Below, one piece after another: positions 56,092-64,000 of a stretch of 64,000 bases of DNA; the first letter of the stretch is position 1; the number at the start of each line of letters is the position of its first letter. Made by a program: the position numbers and the translations under genes. Below the pieces are notes generated by a model, which did not search any database, was not told the origin of the DNA, and saw only the letters and a program-made list of their open reading frames with translations. The stretch lies in contig CM119267.1 of NCBI GenBank assembly GCA_051294375.1, positions 13,091,081 through 13,155,080 on the forward strand, read 5' to 3'. Source of the DNA: Paraspadella gotoi (taxonomy: Eukaryota > Animalia > Chaetognatha).

Positions 56092-56996
56092 CGAAGTTGC
56101 GGAGTACCGCCGGTTTGTTGTTGAAAAGAATTAAAAGAGATAATGGAAACCGTAGAAAGGACGATAGAGGGATGAGAAGGAGGAGGAGGAGGGAGAGGAG
56201 GAGGAGGAGGAGGAGGATTAAAGAGGGATCAAAGGAAAACAGGGAAGGATATAGAAGAAAAAACAAGATGAAGAAAAGATGGCGAAGACAAGGGAAGAAG
56301 GAACGTGAGGAAGGGCGAATGGAGGAAGAAAGGGAGGAAAGAAAAATAGAAAAAGACGAGGTAAGGTTGGCCTCGAATTCTCTGGCGACTGAAAAACTCT
56401 GCGCGTTCTTTCGAACCAAAAGCGACGGAGGAAAAAAAAAAGAAAAAATAAGAAAGTAAAGAAAAAAAAAGAAAGAAAAGAAATACAAAAATCCGTCGTA
56501 GTCCTTGATTCAAATTAATTAAAATTAATTATGATCGATCTTTTTAACTATATTATAATGTATCACGAATGAAATTGAAACTTGAAAGGCAAAAATTGAG
56601 AACTATTTTTTGAAAAAGAAATAACATACCACTGCGCCCACTATAAAAAAATTGTGCTGAGAACAACGACTTGCGCTAACTGCACGCAACCAATTCTCCT
56701 CACCCAATTATTTTTCCCGTCCCAGAATATACCAATTACCTCGCCAAACCCCACCACCCCTTTCCCCTATCAATCCACTCCCCATCCCCCGAATAACTTC
56801 TCCCAATTTCCACCCAACAGCTTTCCACAAAGCCCCACCTGGTCGGGCGTTGAACTGCACCATGGCCTCGTAAGGCTCCCCTATGAAGGCGGGATTCTGG
56901 TCGTTGCCGTCGACGACGACGACGACGAGGGAGGCTGTGGACGAGAGGCTGGGAGTGCCGGAGTCGCGAACCACGAGGCTAACGTTGAGGACGGGT
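3649..56996 (-). CDS. Non-classical cadherin (cadherin-related single-pass membrane protein), 3' portion, 14 exons; 5' part not found in window
   Basis: Exons 56996-56839, 50148-49993, 49276-49101, 46222-46090, 43665-43512, 42766-42640, 42438-42234, 34817-34733, 25072-24786, 21645-21469, 15014-14696, 8994-8822, 8076-7919 and 4212-3649 join in one frame with matching intron phases. All introns are GT-AG except one probable GC-AG. Cadherin motifs: DGNDQNPAF, AYDQD, LPENYP, LDFEE, EDMNDNNPVF, AKDRD, VSDG. One TM helix. No classical catenin-binding domain. The tail end resembles arthropod Cad96Cb-like proteins from memory only (unverified). Confidence 0.93.
4903..5141 (-). mobile_element. Second tRNA-derived short element (possible solo LTR or SINE)
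   Basis: GC-rich island in AT-rich DNA; minus strand reads TGTGGAGA...TATCACA(CA) with B box CCGGGTTCAATCCC; no clean TSD. Confidence 0.5.
5831..6367 (+). mobile_element. TRIM-type miniature LTR retrotransposon with tRNA-like sequence inside both LTRs (Helenus-like)
   Basis: LTR1 ~5831-6091 and LTR2 6175-6367 both start TGTAGTCGGG, and the element ends TATCCACA. The ~83-bp interior starts with PBS-like TGGTGAGCC (6093) and ends with purine run GAGGGG before LTR2. GATC lies on both flanks. B box GGTTCAATCC in both LTRs. Confidence 0.8.
7919..8076 (-). CDS. Cadherin cytoplasmic exon (GLIGHAAGLGGHVNG...GSDGDSDIDSQ)
   Basis: ctcatcag acceptor, CAG|gtaagt donor; 158 nt, phase 1 to 0. Confidence 0.88.
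8822..8994 (-). CDS. Cadherin cytoplasmic exon (MDGIHYETNLFDAPPLPASSSAAAAASQ...SSMAGSS)
   Basis: ctttcag acceptor, G|gtgagg donor; open in the phase-2 frame required by the upstream exon. Confidence 0.85.
10594..10665 (+). pseudogene. tRNA-like sequence (Val/Gly-like body, CCC at anticodon position) within a ~240-bp element (~10518-10760)
   Basis: 72 nt with perfect acceptor stem GCGGCCA/TGGCCGC; TTCGCCTCCCA..AAAGGTCC.GGGTTC core; anticodon stem does not pair, so not a functional tRNA. Confidence 0.6.
11340..11574. mobile_element. Right end of a relative of the 61361-61936 MITE
   Basis: Colinear match to 61765-61936 ending TTTGAAATCCGTG-TA; left end not identified. Confidence 0.7.
14276..14577 (-). 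mobile_element. Solo LTR of the tRNA-bearing TRIM family
   Basis: Full-length reverse-complement LTR (TGTAGTCGGG...CTTATCCACA); AATAT directly repeated at 14271-75 and 14578-82; contains GTAAAGCGCGTCAGCTCATGACC (tRNA-Met-like). Confidence 0.85.
14696..15014 (-). CDS. Cadherin cytoplasmic exon (GHNSGYVATVPIDRDIY...GRIPAPPSIAPP...NLGEEE)
   Basis: C-run plus cag acceptor, AT|gtgagt donor; 319 nt, phase 1 to 2. Confidence 0.88.
16492..17434 (-). mobile_element. HINE family A copy with 18-bp array at ~16670-17060
   Basis: AAACAAGTTTGAGCAAACAATGTCGGATCTGC ... GCTGATAAGCAGATCCGACTA termini. Confidence 0.8.
17535..18893 (-). mobile_element. 5'-truncated Penelope-like retroelement (RT thumb, linker, GIY-YIG C-terminus, pLTR), degenerate
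   Basis: Frameshifted peptides YRKPTHTNQY (18781-18807), KLATVRALTRR, NGYP (~18635), LSLPYHQ...LREQLVNCKTKIP, and after the gap LNRDGRRFDLPPSYDSLI; these are typical Penelope/Poseidon motifs. Confidence 0.85.
18896..20830 (+). repeat. Inverted pLTR of the Penelope-like element, split into 18896-18972 and 20678-~20830 by a DNA-transposon insertion; degenerate hammerhead core at 20742-20771
   Basis: Both pieces are reverse complements of 17540-17690; CTGATGA-agcctc...gagcc-GAAAC followed by AATAAA. Confidence 0.75.
18973..20677. mobile_element. Non-autonomous Tc1/mariner-type element inserted at TA
   Basis: Right end ...TTTTTTTTCGACGCAGTG-TA; degenerate left end TA-CA(AA)ACTGCG...GTCAAAAAAAA; removing it restores the pLTR; no coding capacity. 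Confidence 0.6.
21469..21645 (-). CDS. Cadherin cytoplasmic exon (GSDDNSPLGVDNPYGFVYGMP...PGAMGASG)
   Basis: gatccaag acceptor, G|gtaagt donor; 177 nt, phase 1 to 1; GC-rich island. Confidence 0.88.
22600..23640 (+). repeat. Partial family C copy plus 21-23-bp tandem array (ATCATCGCATCAAT...) at 23256-23640
   Basis: Shares AAATTTAGATATG, AAAACGAGTTCAGGCTCTCTC and GAGTTCAGCTCTGCAG...TCCAGCTT blocks and the downstream array with 58287-60950. Confidence 0.65.
24786..25072 (-). CDS. Cadherin transmembrane exon (SLLGGITGFLLLICLALILYIC-KHKK...SLIAS)
   Basis: cccgacag acceptor (phase 2), G|gtgaga donor; hydrophobic stretch followed by basic stop-transfer KHKK. Confidence 0.92.
26337..34130. repeat. 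Left arm of ~7.5-kb inverted duplication (partner 35588-43147)
   Basis: Colinear reverse-complement similarity throughout (exon copies, HINE copy, AT-rich blocks, TGACC array, GC-rich block near 33900-34090); starts at an N gap. Confidence 0.9.
26567..27067 (+). pseudogene. Frameshifted inverted copies of the two cadherin exons at 42640-42766 and 42234-42438
   Basis: Reverse-complement match (e.g. cagaatatcggtgacgg; aagctaaagtcgtt...ggccttactcg) with many 1-bp indels; part of the inverted duplication. Confidence 0.8.
34733..34817 (-). CDS. Cadherin juxtamembrane exon (GATRVLISLTGTLAELKVKASSSTTLLY)
   Basis: ttttttcag acceptor, AG|gtaggc donor; 85 nt, phase 1 to 2, exactly bridging the flanking exons; supplies the last beta-strand of the final EC repeat. 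Confidence 0.85.
34911..35395. repeat. 61-bp minisatellite, ~8 copies
   Basis: Unit CTGACATCGTCTTTTTCGTCGTCTTCGTCATCTTTAACGTTCATTGTCGCTGTCATTTACT recurring at ~34911, 34972, 35033, 35094, 35155, 35216, 35277 and 35338. Confidence 0.9.
40787..42137 (+). mobile_element. HINE family A copy with a ~360-bp foreign insert (41642-42000); mirror copy at ~27158-28489 (-)
   Basis: TAGTCGGATCTGCTTATCAGC start, GTCC microsatellite, 18-bp array at 41330-41570, ATCCGACATTGTTTGCACAAACTTG end. Confidence 0.8.
42234..42438 (-). CDS. Cadherin exon, last EC repeat (SPCGRLTAKDRDTSTKLKFVVIGPYSDVVRVDAEGRVFLI...LDFVVVVSDGKGAGARQ)
   Basis: ccaatccag acceptor, G|gtgagt donor; AxDxD and VSDG motifs; 205 nt. Confidence 0.9.
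42640..42766 (-). CDS. Cadherin exon (ISVTDGNYLSQAPVRVIVEDMNDNNPVFDQTAYEFSCDVRSK)
   Basis: ttttcag acceptor, AAA|gtaaca donor; canonical DxNDNxPxF; 127 nt; not captured by the ORF track. Confidence 0.9.
43512..43665 (-). CDS. Cadherin exon (GSASTPLPLTFKII...GHLALKKGLDFEERKGYNFS)
   Basis: cccacag acceptor, TC|gtgagt donor; LDFE motif; 154 nt, phase 1 to 2. Confidence 0.92.
43817..44026 (+). mobile_element. Short Penelope-type pLTR insertion with perfect 77-bp inverted repeat and 12-bp TSD
   Basis: Arms 43815-43891 and 43918-43994 are exact reverse complements; AGAATTATGTAT at 43805-16 and 44027-38; contains hammerhead core. Confidence 0.8.
43904..43943 (+). ncRNA. Minimal type I hammerhead ribozyme motif
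   Basis: CTGATGA (43906-12), stem II GGCTT/AAGCC, GAAAC, palindromic stem III ACATGT, GTC cleavage triplet ending 43940; stem I has only 2 bp. Confidence 0.7.
46090..46222 (-). CDS. Cadherin exon (TTLRIRVTSSNESAPEFEKSEYVERLPENYPLDLTFMRIEVFQP)
   Basis: ttcgccag acceptor, G|gtaagg donor; 133 nt; degenerate linker plus PEN motif. Confidence 0.9.
46269..47604 (+). mobile_element. Tc1/mariner DNA transposon (1336 bp), DD35E transposase, frameshifted
   Basis: TA target duplication at 46267-68 and 47605-06; imperfect ~26-bp TIRs CCATGATGGAAAAAAAA(A/G)TGT..CGG; HTH region with SGRPR (46512-46838); catalytic FSDES, FMEDNEPPH and SPDLNPIEN (46940-47521). Confidence 0.95.
46512..47521 (+). pseudogene. 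Tc1-like transposase pseudogene
   Basis: Two ORF pieces linked by a frameshifted segment (NNRLVEMGLHARK / RRKPLKTQAMRAKRLAFAKSH), with breaks near 46835, 46875 and 46940. Confidence 0.9.
49101..49276 (-). CDS. Cadherin exon (DPLAPSNG...YSYFSIDASTAEITVKESPLPEDVFLLSIRASEWSDPDKHVQ)
   Basis: cccaacag acceptor, CAG|gtgtgg donor; FSID..T.EI cadherin strand pattern; phase 0 end matches next exon. Confidence 0.85.
49993..50148 (-). CDS. Cadherin exon (GTVVTLFNGKRVMAYDQDRGVADSIVYAWAEGAVAAAEAAAAVATSSPNQQP)
   Basis: ctcctcag acceptor completes NARP-G-TVV; AxDxD motif. 3' end uncertain: the best phase-1 donor is CAG|gcatgt (GC). Confidence 0.8.
50327..50467. repeat. Near-perfect ~71-bp tandem duplication
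   Basis: ATACTTGATTGGCAGGGCGAATGAGGA...ATAATTCGAGCCTCTGTG twice. Confidence 0.9.
51660..51810. repeat. 22-bp minisatellite (AAATGAATGAAACGAAAGAACG), ~6 copies
   Basis: Directly visible tandem. Confidence 0.9.
52668..55631. mobile_element. Probable ~3-kb non-autonomous DNA transposon with 8-bp TSD, hosting the TTAA element
   Basis: CTTCGGTA at 52660-67 and 55632-39; imperfect TIR CTCT....AAAA...GTGTGCCAGAT; subterminal ATGCCAGAT repeats. Confidence 0.5.
52931..53811. mobile_element. Non-autonomous TTAA-specific DNA transposon, Kolobok-like
   Basis: TTAA on both flanks; 13-bp TIR GGGGACC(A/C)AGTGA; purine-starting TIR fits Kolobok rather than piggyBac (CCY). Confidence 0.7.
56839..56996 (-). 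CDS. Cadherin exon: end of an EC repeat and start of the next (PVLNVSLVVRDSGTPSLSSTASLVVVVVDGNDQNPAFIGEPYEAMVQFNARP)
   Basis: C-rich tract and tttcag acceptor; G|gtgggg donor; 158 nt, phase 2 to 1; canonical DxG-P-LS and DxNDxxPxF motifs. Confidence 0.93.
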
Positions 56997-57387
56997 CTGA
57001 AAGGGGGGCGTGGATTGTGGAAGGGGCGTGAGAATTGAGAGAAGATTCGAGAAATTAACGGAATATGGGGTAAGGAAGGGAAGTAAAAAAAGAATGGATT
57101 TTGGGGGAAAGAGGGAAAAAAACAATAAGATTATCCATTCCTCTTACAAGAGAATAACACACAAGCCGGACCCAGCAGGACTCTCAGTCTTGTTTATTTA
57201 CTCCCTGAGTAGTGAGTACTTGGCTTCCAAACAATGAACAGTTTTAAGTGTGTAAAATAATTTAATTGTGTAAAGCACTGTGGATTGTGGAATGTGGAAT
57301 TTTAATTGAACTAAAACGAGCTCAAACGAAAATTTAGACATTTTTTAAAAAAATTAAGATAAAAAAATTTTAACATGTCTTTATACT

Positions 57388-57654
57388 TGTAGTCGGGCAT
57401 TGCCTAGGTTCACCCCGCCTATAAGCAAGACACCTTCAGTCGTGACCCGGTAGCTCATTGAGTAAAACCATCAACTCATCAAAACTAGGTACTGGGTTCA
57501 ATCCAAACCCTGCGGGAAGCGTGAGGACGGCCGTGAGCCGCCTTTGTAGCGTGGAAAACCCTCATGTCTGGTTCCAATCCCAGGACCCGTTCCATGGCTG
57601 TTAAAGGGGGTTAAAGGAGTTGCGGATAGCACTCTTCAGCCCCATTTAGCGCCT
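57388..57654 (+). mobile_element. LTR of the same TRIM family, 3' tip interrupted by a MITE-like insertion
   Basis: TGTAGTCGGGCATTGCCTAGG...; A box TAGCTCATTG and B box GGTTCAATCC; similarity stops at TTAGCGCCT. Confidence 0.85.
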
Positions 57655-57657
57655 ACT

Positions 57658-58250
57658 AGGGCGTAGTGAAAGTCATGTATAAAAATTCTAATGGTCAATT
57701 ATAAACAATGTACTACCAGTAAATATTAACTTATAAAAAAAAATTAATTTTATGTTTTTTAATTTTTGTTGTAGGCTATATATATATATATATATATTTA
57801 TATATAGTACTATCGTTTAAAAATCTAAAAATTTCAAAATGGACCCTTCTTAATTTTGATGGCAGATTCCTTATCAAAAGTTGATAAAAGAACTATAACT
57901 CATTTTCAAAAATTCTTTCATTAAGTAGGTTAAAAATTAAAAAAAACTATATTTAATATAAAAATTTAATTTTCAGCTTAAAATATAGGTTTTTCTGAAT
58001 TTTGACCAACTTAATGAAATAATTTTAAAAAAAGATTTATAACTTTTTATGACGAATCCAAATCTGCAAAAATTCTTATAAAAACTATTTTTAAATTTTA
58101 ATAAGGTTAGTACTATATATAAATATAGCCTACTGCATGAATTGTAAAAATTATAATAAATTTTGTTTATACATACATTAATACAACGTTGTTCATTCCT
58201 CACTTTTAGAATAATAGTTTAAGTTAAATTTAGACTTTTTACTACGCTTT
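57658..58250. mobile_element. MITE-like element (~600 bp) inserted at the end of a TRIM LTR
   Basis: TIR AGGGCGTAGTGAAAGTC vs GACTTTTTACTACGCTTT; internal inverted block GTAGGCTATA..TATAGTACTA; possible 3-bp TSD ACT. Confidence 0.5.
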
Positions 58251-58286
58251 ACTCTATACCATATATAATAATTTTTTAATATTTAT

Positions 58287-60637
<2,351 letters not shown>

Positions 60638-61360
60638 TGATTATACTTTATATAAACGAGAGTGAAAACTGACCACCTTCTCATTTTCTTCTCTCTCTTC
60701 TTTCTCTCTCTCTCTCTCTCTCTTGTTTTATTTACGATGAATGACTCATCGCGTCAATGAATGACTATCATCGCATCAATGAATGATTATCATCATATCA
60801 ATGAATGATTATCATCACATCAATGAATGACTAATCATAGCATCAATCATTTGATTATCATCACATCAGTTATTTTATTATCATCGCATCAATTTGGTTA
60901 TCATCGCATCAAATATTTGGTTATCATCGCATCAATATTTGTTATCATCAAAAGTAGGCTCGATTCCTTATGCTTTTAAGATTTTTTATAGATAGGAATG
61001 GCTAAAAGGTAAAAAAGTAAAAATAAAATTGGATTCAGGTAGTTTGTAAAAAGTTGTCACAAAGTATAATTCTTTTTTTGATATTCTCCTCATAAGTGGT
61101 TGAAAAATAAGAAAAACTGTTAAAAACTATCATCATTGTCTTTTGATAATTTTGTCAGTTTTTCTTAATTTTGATCATAAAACGTAATAATTTTTAAAAT
61201 TTTAATTATTTTTTTTATTTAACTTTATGTGCTTTATCAGAATCCATCAAAATAATTTAATATGGATTAACATTTTTTTTATCATTATAGTAATATAGTA
61301 ATTTTGATAGCAATATATTATAGTAATATAGTAATTTTGATAGCAATAAGAAAAGCATTA

Positions 61361-61936
61361 CACGGATTTCAAATGGGAGTAAAATGAAAATACTTGTTAT
61401 AACTATTAACTGACTGACTGGTACACTTGCATTCCAGCAGCTTTTTTTACAACCTTTTCCCCTCTTATTTGATAATTCAATTTTAAACTCATTATAAAAA
61501 AAATGAGGCGAATATTTTAAATTCATTTATATTCATTAGTTATTATAATGTTTTGGAGCATGCAAAACAATTCTTATCAATATATTTCAAAGTTTAGTTA
61601 AGCAACAGGCTCTTGCCAGATCATTGTTCCTTTGCAATTTTTTTTAAAGCGGAAATTTTTTTTTTCTATAAGTTTTAACTAGAAAAACTATAAGATGGAA
61701 AAGGCTGTCATTGTGGTTGTGAAAAAGCTTTTAACATTCAGATCTCTCAGACACATACTCCAATGTTTAAATTTTCAAACATTTTATTTTTTTTTATAAA
61801 AATATATCTTATAACAGGAAGGTCCTATTCAAATACAGCGATTTTTTTTACCAGGGTGCAAAATCTGAAGTTGCTATAACAAATAATGTAGCCACAGTAT
61901 TTGATCCTTTCATTTCACTCCCATTTGAAATCCGTG
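61361..61936. mobile_element. Tc1/mariner-type MITE, 576 bp
   Basis: TA flanks; ~29-bp TIR CACGGATTTCAAATGGGAGT(A/G)AAATGAAA. Confidence 0.85.
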
Positions 61937-62247
61937 TAAAATTAAAATTTTTTTAACAATTCTTCTTCTACCTGAAAGCAGACATCAAGACTATCTTTTT
62001 GTACCCCTGACCCTTTTGATTTTAATTTGATAGTAGATCTCTACTATATAGACCACGACGGCGAACAACGACGACGGCGACGGACAACAAAAGATACAAA
62101 AGTAAGGAATGTGACGATCGAGTGAAAATGAGAAAAAGTAGTTGGCAGCGGACGGGGGATCCGTTTCGATCGCCGACCAGGTCCCAAATCTACATTTGCA
62201 TAACGTCGTGAATCCGGGCGAAAGAGGAAATAGGCGATAGGGGGCTA

Positions 62248-62328
<81 letters not shown>

Positions 62329-63336
62329 ATAGAAGCGATGTCGTATTTAAATACAAAAGATGAAGAAAAAGTTATATTTTAAAATATTCTAATTCTTTCT
62401 TAAGAGCGAAACAAAGGAATAGTGTGAATAATGTGAGAGAGTCCTGCTATGTTATTATCTTGTAAGTGTGATGGAGGCCTTAAACCGCCAAAGCCTGTCC
62501 AAAGTCAGGGACAAGATAGCTTATTTATTAAATGAATGGATAATTTTTATATTGGTTGTACCAATTTCATAAAGATGAGCGATCGCATATTTTGACTCAG
62601 TGAGAAGTGGTTGTAAGACTCAGGGAGAAGTTGAGTGTGACACTGTTAAAATTTGATGATAAGAGAGTGGATAACTGAGAATTGAGATAGGTTTAACAGG
62701 ACAAGGGGCTTAGGTAAGATTAAGAAATAAACTAGGTTTTACTTTAAGATCTGTTATATTCAGGCATGTTGCGACGGCGGTTGAAAGACTGTGGAAAATA
62801 TTTGTTATTTATTTGAGAAAGGATTTAGACCAAGATTAAGTGGCAGATTGAGAAGTTTCAAAAAACGAATCTTATTGGGTAATGGGTAATGTACTGGGTA
62901 CATTAAATGAGGATGGGACTATAGAGTGGGGAAACTTAATTAAATGGGTTAGAATTGGTTATTGGAACTTATTTAATCAATGAAGTTATCTTGTATTGGG
63001 TATTGAGGGACTAAATATATATTTTAATGTGGTAGCGTGTGTTGTCAGTTTATAGCGTGATATCGTGTTTCTATTGGTGATGAAGCGATTATTTTCACTC
63101 TTGCATTTACGTGATAGTATTTCTATTTATTGGTGATGTAGGGATTATTGCAAGTTAAAAAAATGATGCAAGTTGAAAAAATGAAGCAAGTTAAAAAAAA
63201 GATTCAAGTTGAAAAAATGATGCAAATTTGAAAAATGATGCGAGTTAAAAAAATGATTCAAATTTTAAAAATGATACAAGTTGAAAAAAGTATTCAAGTT
63301 GAAAAAAGTATGCAAGTTTAAAAAATGATTCAAGTA

Positions 63337-64000
63337 AAAACAAGTTTGAGCAAACAATGTCGGATCTGCCCACGATCATTCTCGGTAATTAATTAATTAA
63401 TTCAAGTTAATTAATTAATAATTAATATATTCAAGTTAATTAATTAGGCAATTAATTAATTAATTTGATCCAAAATATTTGTTTTGATTGATTAATTGAC
63501 TGATTAATTAATTATTGATTAATTGTTTGACTAATTGATTAATTAACTGATTAATTATTTGATTAATTAATACATCTTGCATTTACATTTAAAAGAAAAA
63601 GAAAAAGAAGCATAATCAATTAGCGAAACAGGTTCTTTGTTTTTTCCATTTAAACTAATTTCCACTCTAACGATTCCATCGAAACTTGATTTCCAGTTTA
63701 AACACACACTTTTCTACCCAAATACAAAATTTTAATCCAATCGCCCCATCCACTCATGAGTAATTGGTGTTAAAATAGTGAAATATATTTATTTGTTTTT
63801 TCCCTTTAAACTCATTTCCACTAGGACGATTCCATCGAAACTTCATATCCAGCTTAATCACACACTTCCTTACCTACACACAAAATTTCATTTCAATCCA
63901 TTTATCCAATCACAAGTAATTGGTGTTTTTTGCTAAGGTGGGACGGACGGACGGTAGGACGGACGGACGGACATCGCTTTTTTTGCATAATTTATCATAA
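63337..64000 (-). mobile_element. HINE family A-related copy running off the window; abuts an 18-bp array at 63148-63335
   Basis: CAAGTTTGAGCAAACAATGTCGGATCTGC end; core block duplicated; GGAC microsatellite at 63940-63972. Confidence 0.75.

Noticed and set aside
61970-62255. Possible upstream cadherin exon (minus strand FGTWSAIETDPPSAANYFFSFSLDRHIPYF)
   Set aside because: Vaguely cadherin-like, but I found no splice path giving the phase-2 join required by exon 56996; left unassigned pending RNA-seq.

Overview
Eukaryotic (animal-type), AT-rich, microsatellite-rich draft scaffold with nine N gaps. The main feature is the 3' part of a long minus-strand non-classical cadherin gene. I reconstructed 14 exons with consistent splice phases from 56996 to the stop at 3649. 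They encode the end of one cadherin repeat plus three more, a transmembrane helix and a ~535-aa low-complexity tail ending KKISWAD...MTVYF*. The introns and 3' flank are packed with mobile DNA: a decayed DD35E Tc1/mariner element, a truncated Penelope-like retroelement and hammerhead-ribozyme pLTR remnants, two families of Helentron/DINE-1-like (HINE) elements with internal tandem arrays, several MITEs, and a miniature two-LTR retrotransposon (TRIM) whose LTRs carry a tRNA-Met-like Pol III promoter (Helenus/Cassandra-like), with solo LTRs. A ~7.5-kb inverted duplication (about 26340-34130 vs 35588-43147) encloses one cadherin exon. It is gap-bounded and more likely an assembly artefact than real. 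Most ORFs in the supplied track are microsatellite or tandem-repeat artefacts. All calls were made by eye, with no database searches.
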